Shown: one piece after another, positions 9,172-16,866 of the stretch | How positions within the stretch are numbered: the stretch's first letter is position 1 | Layout of the letters: each line of letters begins with the position of its first letter | Assembly: GCA_035292965.1 (NCBI GenBank) | Contig: DATDPC010000111.1 | Span: 1-40,644, forward strand | Direction: 5' to 3' | Length of the DNA: 40,644 bases | Source: Dehalococcoidia bacterium | Lineage (GTDB): Bacteria; Chloroflexota; Dehalococcoidia; DSTF01; WHTK01 | Notes under the pieces: model-generated | What the model saw: the letters and a program-made list of their open reading frames with translations, nothing else | Told to the model about the DNA's origin: nothing | Databases searched by the model: none | Translations under genes and position numbers: made by a program

Positions 9172-11624
9172 TGGCAGGCCTCGCAGGTCTCCGGGTTCTC
9201 GAGCGAGCAGGCGATCGCATCCGCATCACTCATCTCGACGACGGCTAACGGCACGGAAGCAACGGCAGGCGGCAATGCGATCACGGGCGCCACAGTCTCG
9301 ACCGTCGCCTTGGCGATGCGTGTCGCCGGGCGTGAGCGCAGGTAGTAGGTCGTCTTCAGGCCCTTCTTCCAGGCGTAGAAGTACATCGACGAGAGCTGGC
9401 CGATGTTCGGGCTCTCGGCGAAGAGGTTGAGCGACTGGCTCTGATCGATGAAAGCGCCGCGGTCCGCCGCCATGTCAATCAGGCCGCTCATCGGCAGCTC
9501 CCAGGCTGTGCGGTAGACGGCGCGCAGATCCGCCGGCAGCTCCTCAAAGTCCTGGACGGAGCCCTCGGCGAGCTTGAGGCGGTTGCGCGTCTCCGCCGTC
9601 CAGACGCCGAGCGACTTCAGCTCTTCGATCAGGTAGCGGTTGACCTGAAGAAAGTCGCCGGAGAGCGTCTCTCGTTTGAACAGGTTCGATACCTGCGGCT
9701 CGATGCACTCGGAGCAGCCGGCGATCGACGCGATCGTCGCCGTCGGCGCGATCGCGACCAGCAGCGAGTTGCGCAGGCCGCTGCGCTCGATCCGCTCTCG
9801 CAGCCCGTCCCAGCGCTCGCGATCCGTGGGCACGACGTCCCAGGCGTCGAACTGCAGCTCGCCGCGGGCGGCTCGCGTCTCGGCGAAGGCGGCGTGGACG
9901 CCCTTCTCTTCCGCCAAGTCGGCCGAGGCGAAGAGGGCGTGGTAGTAGATCTCCTCCGAGATCTGACGCGACAGCTCGCGGGCCTGGGGCGCGTCGAAAG
10001 GCAGGCGCATCTGGAAGAAGACGTCCTGTAGCCCCATCAGCCCGAGGCCGACGGGACGCCAGCGGTTGTTCGAGGCGCGGGCGGTGTCGATCGGGTAGAA
10101 GTTGAGGTCGATCACGTTGTCGAGCTGCCGCACGGCGATGCGCACGCTGCGAGCCAGCTTGTCGAAGTCGAAGTGAACCGCGCCGTCCTCATCGAGGAAG
10201 GTGTGGCGCGCCAGGTTGATCGAGCCGAGGTTGCAGACCGCGGTCTCGCCCTCGTTCGTCACCTCGATGATCTCGGTGCAGAGGTTGGAGCTGTGGACGA
10301 CGCTGCCAGGCAGCGCCGTCTGGTTGGCGGCGGCGTTGCACTTGTCCTTGAAGGTCATCCAGCCGTTGCCGGTCTGCGCCAGCGTCCGCATCATCCGGGC
10401 GTAGAGGTCGCGGGCGCGCAGCGTCTTCAGCGCCAGGCCGGCCGCTTCTGCCTCCTCGTAGGCCTTGTCGAACGCTTCGCCGTAGAGGTCGGTCAGGTTC
10501 GGCGCCACCTTCGGGTCAAACAGCGACCAGTCTCCGTCCACTTCGACGCGGCTCATGAACAGGTCCGGCACCCAGTTCGCGAGGTTGAGGTTGTGCGTCC
10601 GCCGCGCCTCGTCGCCGGTGTTGTCGCGCAGCTCGAGGAACTCCTCGAAGTCGCCGTGCCACGGTTCGAGGTAGACGCAGGCCGCGCCCTGGCGCTTGCC
10701 TCCCTGGTTCACCGCCGCTACGGACGCGTCCAGCGTCTTCAGCCACGGCACGATGCCGTTCGAGTGGCCGTTCGTCCCCGCGATCAGCGAGCCGCGCGAC
10801 CGCACGCGGTGAAACGCCACGCCGATGCCGCCGGAGAACTTCGAGAGCATGGCGATGTCTGTATAGCGCTCGTAGATCGCGCGCAGGTCGTCCGCCGGCG
10901 AGTCGAGCAGGAAGCAGCTCGAAAGCTGCTCGTGACTCGTGCCGGCGTTGAACAGCGTCGGTGAGCTTGGGATGTATTCGAGGTTCGAGAACAGGTCGTA
11001 GAGGCTGAGCACGCCGGCCACCGTCTCGCCGAGGGCACAAGCGATGCGCAGGAAGAACTGCTGCGGCGTCTCGATCACAAGGCGCGTCTCCGGGTGCTTC
11101 AGCAGATAACGGTCGTAGAGCGTGCGCAGACCGAAGTACTCAAACTCGCGGTCGCGCTCCGGGACGATCGCGTCGTTGAGCTTCCGCGCGTTCTCGGCGA
11201 CGAAGCAGGCGACGCGATCGTTGATGATGCCGAGGCGGTGGCCGGTAGTGATCGATTGGGAGAAGGCGTGTATTTCCTGGTTGCGCACCTCCTTGTCGAT
11301 GTAGGTCGCGAGCAGGCGCGCCGCCAACCGTGAGTAATGCGGCTCCTCGACGATGAGTGCCGCCGCCGTCTGGATCGAGAGGCGGTCGAGCTCGCGTGTC
11401 GTGGCGCCGTCGTAGAGGCCGCTGATCGTCTTGGTGGCGATGCGCATCGCATCGACGTCGTCAAGGCCGACGCAGCAGCGGCTGACGGCGCGGACGATCT
11501 TGTTGACATCGACCGGCTCGCTGCCGCCGTTGCGCTTCGTGACGCGCATCGTCGTCTGCACGTCGACCTCGTGCGGCGGCTTTTCGGGACTCAGGGGCAT
11601 AGCAGGCGGGGTTTGGCTGACCAT
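9168..11624 (-). CDS. nrdA: Ribonucleotide reductase class I alpha subunit with N-terminal ATP-cone
   Basis: 818 aa. VTKRNGGSEPVDVNKI (ATP-cone), NLCTEI active-site region, C-terminal CEAC redox tail. RBS GAGGAAGGAAG. Confidence 0.92.
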   Translation of the reverse strand: MVSQTPPAMPLSPEKPPHEVDVQTTMRVTKRNGGSEPVDVNKIVRAVSRCCVGLDDVDAMRIATKTISGLYDGATTRELDRLSIQTAAALIVEEPHYSRLAARLLATYIDKEVRNQEIHAFSQSITTGHRLGIINDRVACFVAENARKLNDAIVPERDREFEYFGLRTLYDRYLLKHPETRLVIETPQQFFLRIACALGETVAGVLSLYDLFSNLEYIPSSPTLFNAGTSHEQLSSCFLLDSPADDLRAIYERYTDIAMLSKFSGGIGVAFHRVRSRGSLIAGTNGHSNGIVPWLKTLDASVAAVNQGGKRQGAACVYLEPWHGDFEEFLELRDNTGDEARRTHNLNLANWVPDLFMSRVEVDGDWSLFDPKVAPNLTDLYGEAFDKAYEEAEAAGLALKTLRARDLYARMMRTLAQTGNGWMTFKDKCNAAANQTALPGSVVHSSNLCTEIIEVTNEGETAVCNLGSINLARHTFLDEDGAVHFDFDKLARSVRIAVRQLDNVIDLNFYPIDTARASNNRWRPVGLGLMGLQDVFFQMRLPFDAPQARELSRQISEEIYYHALFASADLAEEKGVHAAFAETRAARGELQFDAWDVVPTDRERWDGLRERIERSGLRNSLLVAIAPTATIASIAGCSECIEPQVSNLFKRETLSGDFLQVNRYLIEELKSLGVWTAETRNRLKLAEGSVQDFEELPADLRAVYRTAWELPMSGLIDMAADRGAFIDQSQSLNLFAESPNIGQLSSMYFYAWKKGLKTTYYLRSRPATRIAKATVETVAPVIALPPAVASVPLAVVEMSDADAIACSLENPETCEACQ

Positions 11625-11629
11625 CGCTT

Positions 11630-11663
11630 CCTTCCTCGTTCAGCGTCGTGGCGTCGAAGAAGG
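11630..11663 (-). promoter_or_regulatory. Candidate SD-sequestering helix of the riboswitch expression platform
   Basis: Minus-strand CCUUCUUCG (11663-11655) can pair (8 WC + 1 GU) with CGAGGAAGG (11638-11630), which contains the nrdA Shine-Dalgarno. Confidence 0.45.
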
Positions 11664-11775
11664 TTGGTCGGAGATCGAAAAGCGACCCGGCAACCGAATT
11701 GCCACGCCGCTCGTATCCGCCGGCTGGCCCTCCCTCGAGGCCTCCAGGATCGAGCTGCCGCCGGTTTTCTCTCCG

Positions 11776-11962
11776 GTGGCAGATGCTGGCAGGTCTTCGG
11801 GCTTACAGGCGCTTCTCGCTCAGCGAGGCTCCCTACTCTCCACGACTTCCCGGCCGTCCGACGGTCAGTGTCTTTGTGTGGATTCGTTCCTGTTTACCGC
11901 TGCGGGGCAGCCCTGGAATCTCACCGGGTTCCCTTTTCGCCCGATACGCGGGCAACCAGCAC
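11776..11962 (-). promoter_or_regulatory. Cobalamin (B12) riboswitch aptamer
   Basis: Minus strand reads GGUUGCC...AAAAGGGAACCCGGUGAGAUUCCAGGGCUGCCCCGCAGCGGUAA...CACUG...CGGGAAGUCG...GCCCGAAGACCUGCCAGC. These are the conserved core and B12 box of the cobalamin riboswitch family. Confidence 0.85.
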
Positions 11963-11967
11963 GGCAC

Positions 11968-11996
11968 ACACTAGACCCAAGATATAGTGCTGTCAA
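11968..11996 (-). promoter_or_regulatory. Candidate nrd operon promoter
   Basis: Minus strand TTGACA (11996-11991), 17 nt, TAGTGT (11973-11968). Confidence 0.5.
11975..11990 (-). promoter_or_regulatory. NrdR box (proximal)
   Basis: GCACTATATCTTGGGT matches about 12/16 of the acaCwAtATaTwGtgt consensus. It occupies the -35/-10 spacer. Confidence 0.6.
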
Positions 11997-12006
11997 GAGC
12001 CTCCGG

Positions 12007-12022
12007 CGCTATATGTTGTGTC
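12007..12022 (-). promoter_or_regulatory. NrdR box (distal)
   Basis: ACACAACATATAGCGC matches about 13/16 of the consensus. It is 32 bp centre to centre from the proximal box (about 3 helical turns). Confidence 0.6.
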
Positions 12023-12066
12023 TTCACAATGAAGGCTTCGTCCGGAGCGTCGAGAATTCGCGAGCT

Positions 12067-12714
12067 TCAGGCGTTCGCGTAGACCCGGAACCCGTAGTCG
12101 TTATAACGGTACGTTGGGTCGAGGCTTGATCGCGCGGCGAGGCGGTTGAACTTGATCATGTGGCGCCAGCTGCCGCCGCGGCTCGCCCGCCGGCGGCCCG
12201 TCTCCGGGCCGGTCGGTGCGTTCTGCGGCGACGAAGCGTAGTAGTCCGGCGCGTACCAGTCGCTGCACCATTCGTGCAGGTTGTCGACCATGCAGCGCAG
12301 GCCGTAGGCGTTGGCGCACTCCGGCCCCGGGACGTGCGGTTGCCCCAGCGAGACGATGGCCCGCAGCTCCGGCCTCGACTGCGGTGCATCGTTGCCCCAG
12401 GGCCAGGCGCTGCCTTCGATGCCGCCGCGCGCCGCGTACTCGCGCTCTGCCTCCGTCGGCAACCGGAACGCGACGCCGCTGACGGACGACAGCCACTCAC
12501 AGTAGGCGACGGCGTCGAACCAGCTGACGCCGGCCACCGGCCGCTCGTCGCCGGCGAAGCGCGGGTCGTCTCGAAACGGCGAAGCCTCGTGCCCCGTCGC
12601 GGCGACGAAGGCGTCGTACTCGGCGTTGCTTACCGGACGCACCGCCGCCCGAAACGCGGCGACGCCGACGCGGTGCGCCGGCCGCTCGTCCGCCCTGCCG
12701 GCGTCGTCCCCCAT
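12067..12714 (-). CDS. Formylglycine-generating-enzyme-like (FGE-sulfatase/SUMF1 domain) protein; start uncertain
   Basis: 215 aa from ATG. Contains ERPAHRV...VSNAEYDAFV...PVAGVSWFDAVAYCEWL...RLPTEAEREYAARGG...RGGSW...YGFRV. The conserved first strand (LAGGAFVMG) lies partly upstream of this ATG. Confidence 0.8.
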   Translation of the reverse strand: MGDDAGRADERPAHRVGVAAFRAAVRPVSNAEYDAFVAATGHEASPFRDDPRFAGDERPVAGVSWFDAVAYCEWLSSVSGVAFRLPTEAEREYAARGGIEGSAWPWGNDAPQSRPELRAIVSLGQPHVPGPECANAYGLRCMVDNLHEWCSDWYAPDYYASSPQNAPTGPETGRRRASRGGSWRHMIKFNRLAARSSLDPTYRYNDYGFRVYANA

Positions 12715-12778
12715 GACGAAGGCGCCGCCGGCGAGCGCGACGAGCTCTGGCAGCGTGACGGCGCGCGTGGACGTGAGG

Positions 12779-13171
12779 CTAGACTCCCGGCGTCTGGATC
12801 TTCTCGACCGGCTCCAGGACTTCGTTCTGGCCCGCGAGGTTGATCGCGATGTGGGCCATGCCGGTCAGGTTAGTGGCGCCGTGCCAGTGCTTCTCGCCGA
12901 GGCCGAAGACGACGACGTCGCCGGGCGTGACGACGCGCTCGCCGTCCTTCTCGCTCGCGACGATGCCCTTGCCCTCGAGGATGACGAGGCCCTGCTCGAA
13001 GCTGTGCGTGTGCCACTTCGTGCGCGCGCCGGGGCTGAACTTGACCACCATCATGCGCATGTTCTCGGTCATCGTGTCGTCGATCAGGCCGGCGCCGTTG
13101 ACTTCGCCGGTGAAGATCGGCGCGCCTGTGCGCGGCTGGAAGTTGAGGTTATTCGTGTTCGCAAGGTGCAT
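12779..13171 (-). CDS. Cupin domain protein
   Basis: ATG at 13171 preceded by GGGAGGAAG. Cupin motifs KWHTHSFEQGLVILEG and PGDVVVF...GEKHWHGA. The longer 13237 start lacks an RBS. Confidence 0.8.
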   Translation of the reverse strand: MHLANTNNLNFQPRTGAPIFTGEVNGAGLIDDTMTENMRMMVVKFSPGARTKWHTHSFEQGLVILEGKGIVASEKDGERVVTPGDVVVFGLGEKHWHGATNLTGMAHIAINLAGQNEVLEPVEKIQTPGV

Positions 13172-13273
13172 CGCTTCCTCCCTGGGTTCATGGGCGTTCA
13201 AACGCAAGCAAGGATAGCAGCAGGCGCATTCGTACACGATGCGGCAGTAGCGACTCTCCGCTGGCTGCTCCGG

Positions 13274-13846
13274 CTAGGCAGCAGCGCTGCGAGTCTTTTG
13301 ACCACCGCGCTCGATGAGAGCGTTGGACGGCTCAGAGGCTGGGTGCATTACTTTGCGAGCCGCTTCCGCGCCCGTGACGGGAAGACCGGTCGCATCGAGC
13401 AGTCCAACTTGAGCCAGGACGGATGCCTGGTCCCAGTAGATGCGCTCACCGGCGATCTTATCGCCCTCGAACTCGACCACGGCAACAAGGGCGACTTCAA
13501 CCTTCTTGCCGGTAGGCGGCACGCCGGGCAGGATCCATGGCATTTCTATGTCGTGAGTGAAGCTGTGGATGAGCTCCTCGACGATCCGCTGGGAGCCCAC
13601 GGTACGTGCGACCGGCAGGGAGACCGTGTCGTCTGGATGACCGGGCAGAAAGAAGCGGCGATAGAAGCTGCGTACGTTGTCGAAGCCAACCCCACCTGTC
13701 ATCACGGGGACGTGGTTGACGAAGGGATTCGCTGTCATGGTTGGCATAGTGGCATCCACGTCCTTCTCGGCAAACTCGGCGGTGATGTGTCGCTCCCAGG
13801 CGGCGACCATAGCTTGCTGCAGGGGCGTGAGCTCAATCTCGTTCAT
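13274..13846 (-). CDS. SnoaL-like / NTF2-superfamily protein
   Basis: ATG at 13846 preceded by GAGAGGA. Sequence of about 190 aa resembles SnoaL-like cyclase/ester-cyclase family members (IYWDQASVLAQVGLL). Confidence 0.6.
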   Translation of the reverse strand: MNEIELTPLQQAMVAAWERHITAEFAEKDVDATMPTMTANPFVNHVPVMTGGVGFDNVRSFYRRFFLPGHPDDTVSLPVARTVGSQRIVEELIHSFTHDIEMPWILPGVPPTGKKVEVALVAVVEFEGDKIAGERIYWDQASVLAQVGLLDATGLPVTGAEAARKVMHPASEPSNALIERGGQKTRSAAA

Positions 13847-13971
13847 ATCGCATCCTCTCAAACACTGCATTGCCGCTGGCCTTGCCGAGTGCGACAACCA
13901 GACGGAGTAGGCTTAACTTTGCTCCCTTATGATCTTCGGCTTGGTTGGGCCACGCCGTACCTAAAGGTCGG

Positions 13972-14001
13972 TTGACGGCCCTCGATCGGCGGCGCTAACA
14001 T
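13972..14001 (+). promoter_or_regulatory. Candidate promoter of the zinc-ribbon peptide gene
   Basis: TTGACG (13972-13977), 18 nt, TAACAT (13996-14001). Confidence 0.45.
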
Positions 14002-14029
14002 CGTCGCGATTACGTCTGGAGGTGGCGCC

Positions 14030-14263
14030 GTGCCCCTGTACGAGTACTACTGTCGGCCTTGCGGCACCGAGTTCGAGGTACTACGACCGGTCAGCCAGAT
14101 GGACCACCCGGCCGTCTGCCCGGAGGGTCACACGACGAACAACCGCGTGCTCTCAATGTTCAGCACGCTGCGCCACTCCAGCTCGGACGTCGCGACGGCG
14201 CTGATCGACCAGCCATCCTCATCAAACGACTCGTGCTGCGGCGGCAGCTGCAACTGCTGCTAG
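14030..14263 (+). CDS. FmdB-family zinc-ribbon protein (CxxC_CxxC_SSSS) with Cys-rich C-terminal tail
   Basis: GTG start after GGAGGTG. MPLYEYYCRPCGTEFEVLRPVSQMDHPAVCPEGH has the family-typical N-terminus but only one intact CxxC (CRPC): the second site reads CPEGH, so one Cys is replaced by His. Tail SSSNDSCCGGSCNCC. Confidence 0.8.
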   Translation: MPLYEYYCRPCGTEFEVLRPVSQMDHPAVCPEGHTTNNRVLSMFSTLRHSSSDVATALIDQPSSSNDSCCGGSCNCC

Positions 14264-14339
14264 GCGGTTGGCACCGCGCGCATAGGGCTCCGCCAGTTAT
14301 ACGTAGCTAGTCTTTCGTCCCGGGTTCTGATCCAGATTT

Positions 14340-14366
14340 CGCCGCCTTGTTGGCGGCGTTTTCGTT
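14340..14366 (+). terminator. Intrinsic terminator
   Basis: cgccgcc-ttgtt-ggcggcg followed by ttttcgtt. Confidence 0.6.
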
Positions 14367-15087
14367 ACGCCGCGTAGGTGGGCTCGAAGCGGCTCTGCGA
14401 TGTGTGGTGGCTGGTCGCGCCGAGGTAGATGCCGGCCGCAATCATGATCAGCGCCGCCTCCGCCGCGCTCAGCACGCCGATGAAGAAGACGATGCTCTCC
14501 CAGAAGTCCGGCGGGAACATCTGGATCAGGTGGTCTGTCGCCGGGTTCAGGCGCCAGAAGTCGTTCGAGAAGATCAGCTCGTGGAAGCTCGTCCAGGCGC
14601 TGTCGAAGCCGGCGAAGCTAACGCCCGCGGCGACGCCCAGGGTCGCCATCGCGATGCCGCACCCTCCGAGCACGTATCCCGCCAGCTGACGTGTCGTTAC
14701 CTCCCCCGCCCACAGGACGACGACGGCCATATACGCGATCAGGTAGACGACGCTGAGCTCCTGGACCCGGTTGACGAGCCGGAAGCGGCTCTTCACGTCC
14801 TTCATGTGCTGCGTCTCTTGCGGGTTGAACAGGCTGGTCTCTTTGCCGTTCTGGCTGACGCGGATGTTCAGCGTCTGCTCGCCGTTGTTGAAGTAATCGC
14901 GGATCTCACCGCCGGCGCGCAGCAGCTCGTTGCGCGAAATGCCCGTCGCGGCGACGCCGCCGAAGTCATCGACCGCGTAGCGATAAACGCGCGGCTCATT
15001 CGCGACGAAGCGGATGTTCGTCGTGATCAGCGCAACCGGGATCATCAGGAGAAAGAGGACGGTGGCGAGACCGCGAGCGACGCCCAA
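14365..15087 (-). CDS. TIGR01906/DUF1461 integral membrane protein (Lit-like lipoprotein intramolecular transacylase family)
   Basis: 240 aa, TTG start after GGAGG. N-terminal TM, then FHELIFSNDFWRLNPATDHLIQMFPPDFW, typical of DUF1461. Confidence 0.7.
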   Translation of the reverse strand: MGVARGLATVLFLLMIPVALITTNIRFVANEPRVYRYAVDDFGGVAATGISRNELLRAGGEIRDYFNNGEQTLNIRVSQNGKETSLFNPQETQHMKDVKSRFRLVNRVQELSVVYLIAYMAVVVLWAGEVTTRQLAGYVLGGCGIAMATLGVAAGVSFAGFDSAWTSFHELIFSNDFWRLNPATDHLIQMFPPDFWESIVFFIGVLSAAEAALIMIAAGIYLGATSHHTSQSRFEPTYAA

Positions 15088-15139
15088 CTACAAGCCTCCG
15101 AGGCCTGAGGCGCCCCGCCACGTCTCGGTGTTAGCTGGT

Positions 15140-15168
15140 ATCGTAGGTTCGCCGCGGGAAGCTGTCAA
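15140..15168 (-). promoter_or_regulatory. Candidate promoter of the Lit-like gene
   Basis: Minus strand TTGACA (15168-15163), 17 nt, TACGAT (15145-15140). Confidence 0.35.
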
Positions 15169-15219
15169 CGTAACGTAACGATCTTAACCCGCATCGACCG
15201 CCGATAACGAGGGTGCGCC

Positions 15220-15999
15220 ATGCTCACAGACGTGGAGAGACAGACATACGAAGAGCTGCGGGGCATCGTCGCCCGCCTGCGCGCGCCCGACGGCTGCCCC
15301 TGGGACCGGGAGCAGACGCACGCGAGCCTGCGACCTCATCTGCTGCAAGAGGCCTACGAAGCTCTCGCCGTGCTCGATTCCGGCGAAGTCGCTAGGCTGC
15401 CGGAGGAGCTCGGCGACGTCTTGTTCCAGATCCTCCTCCACACCCAGCTCGCCGAAGAAGCCGGCGAGTTCACGATGACCGACGTCATCGGCGGCCTCGC
15501 GGCCAAGCTGGTGCGGCGCCACCCCCACGTCTTCGGCGACGCGAAGGTCGAGACGTCAGACCAGGTTTGGGAGCAGTGGGACGAGCTCAAGCGCAAAGAG
15601 CGCGGCGTTGACACTTCCGCCCTCGCGGGCGTCCCGGCGGCGATGCCGGCGCTCGCCTACGCGAACGAGCTGCTGAGCCGCGCCGAGCGCGCCGGCTTCG
15701 CCTGGCCCGACAAACGAGACGTCATCGAGAAGTTGGACGAAGAGCTGGGCGAGCTCGAGAACGCAACCTCGAAGCAAGAGCAGGCCGCCGAGCTCGGCGA
15801 CATCCTGCTCAACGTCGCCAACTACGCCCGCTACCTCGGCATCGACGCCGAAGAGGCGCTGCGCGAGGCCGGCCACAAGTTCCGCCGCCGCTTCGAGGGC
15901 GTCGAGACGCGCGCCCGCGATCGCAACGCCGACATGCGCGCCATGTCCCGCGAGGCGCTGATCGCGCTCTGGAACGAAGCCAAGGCCGCGACCGGCTGA
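15220..15999 (+). CDS. mazG: Nucleoside triphosphate pyrophosphohydrolase MazG
   Basis: 259 aa. LRAPDGCPWDREQTHASLRPHLLQEAYE, EELGDVLFQI and second-domain EELGDILLNV motifs. SD GAGGG. Confidence 0.9.
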   Translation: MLTDVERQTYEELRGIVARLRAPDGCPWDREQTHASLRPHLLQEAYEALAVLDSGEVARLPEELGDVLFQILLHTQLAEEAGEFTMTDVIGGLAAKLVRRHPHVFGDAKVETSDQVWEQWDELKRKERGVDTSALAGVPAAMPALAYANELLSRAERAGFAWPDKRDVIEKLDEELGELENATSKQEQAAELGDILLNVANYARYLGIDAEEALREAGHKFRRRFEGVETRARDRNADMRAMSREALIALWNEAKAATG

Positions 16000-16061
16000 C
16001 AACGCAGGACGGACGCTCGCGTCGGCTCGGCAGCAGCCGAGTCGAACGGGCTTCAGCGGGG

Positions 16062-16118
16062 TCTGGGGTGTCCCCAGACTTTTCGAAGCAGCTCCCGGGC
16101 TCCGGGGGTGTCCCCCGG
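16062..16118. repeat. Family-C palindromes (CYGGGGTGTCCCCRG) x2
   Basis: tctggggtgtccccaga (16062-16078) and ccgggggtgtcccccgg (16102-16118), each followed by c(t)tt(c/a)gaagca. Related copies at 23687-23704 and 23819-23837. Confidence 0.7.
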
Positions 16119-16146
16119 CCTTAGAAGCAAGCCCAGGGGCACTGTA

Positions 16147-16155
16147 TGATATACT
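16147..16155 (+). promoter_or_regulatory. Extended -10 element TGaTATACT
   Basis: TGnTATACT lies 57 nt upstream of the ATG at 16212, which has its own SD GAGGAG. Confidence 0.45.
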
Positions 16156-16211
16156 GCGCCTCGTCCAAACCCCACGCGAAACATTGTTTAGTTGTTAATG
16201 AGGAGAATCCA

Positions 16212-16814
16212 ATGGCCGCTCAGAAGGAAAGCGTCGTAACGCCCGATCGGCTGCAGCAGGGCATCAGCTACGAGCAGTGGATGGAGCAGATCGACCGGAA
16301 CGAAGACAAGTTTGTCGACAACTACGAGGCGACAAAGCCCAACCAGGCTGACGTCGACGCGATCAAGGCGGCGATGGCGAAGGCCGGCGGCGTCACCTGC
16401 CTCGCTCTCGGCGAAGCGTGGTGCCCGGACGTGTTCCGCGGCATGCCCGTGATCGCCAAGCTCGCGGAGGCGACAGGTATGGACCTGAAGATCTTCTTCC
16501 GCGACCAGAACCTCGACATCATGAACGAGTACCTCAACAAGGGTGAGTTCCAGTCGATCCCGACGCTGGTGTTCTACGACAAGGACATGCACCTGCTCGG
16601 CAGCTGGCACGAGCGCGCCCAGAAAGCTAACGAAGAAATCCCGGTGAAGATGTCGCCGATTACGGCGCGGATGCGCAACCAGGACCTCTCAGAGGAGGAG
16701 CGAGCCAAGGCGATGGAAGAGTACGCCGCCTTCCAGAAGGGCCCTGTCTGGGCCGGCTGGCGCGACGCGCAGATCAGCGAGATCCGCGACCTCATCGAGA
16801 AGAACGTCCACTAG
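16212..16814 (+). CDS. Thioredoxin-like fold protein (monothiol WCPDV site)
   Basis: ATG 16212 after GAGGAGAATCCA. LALGEAWCPDVFRGMP...IPTLVFYD has the thioredoxin-fold layout with a single Cys. Confidence 0.7.
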   Translation: MAAQKESVVTPDRLQQGISYEQWMEQIDRNEDKFVDNYEATKPNQADVDAIKAAMAKAGGVTCLALGEAWCPDVFRGMPVIAKLAEATGMDLKIFFRDQNLDIMNEYLNKGEFQSIPTLVFYDKDMHLLGSWHERAQKANEEIPVKMSPITARMRNQDLSEEERAKAMEEYAAFQKGPVWAGWRDAQISEIRDLIEKNVH

Positions 16815-16833
16815 TCCCAACTACGACTCGACG

Positions 16834-16866
16834 AAAGAGGGCCTGCGGGCCCTCTTTCTATTTGCG
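16834..16866. terminator. Bidirectional intrinsic terminator between convergent genes
   Basis: aaagagggcc-tgcg-ggccctcttt, flanked by T-rich sequence on both strands. Confidence 0.7.

Noticed and set aside
11337-12129. Plus-strand ORFs of 216, 232 and 108 aa across the nrd leader.
   Set aside because: They run antisense through the cobalamin riboswitch and NrdR boxes. The region is explained by regulatory RNA.
12775-12790. prfB-like programmed +1 frameshift fusing the cupin and FGE-like frames at GUC UAG C with an upstream GGGAG.
   Set aside because: The P-site codon GUC cannot re-pair in the +1 frame (UCU). The SD-like spacing is wrong. Cupin and FGE are normally separate proteins.
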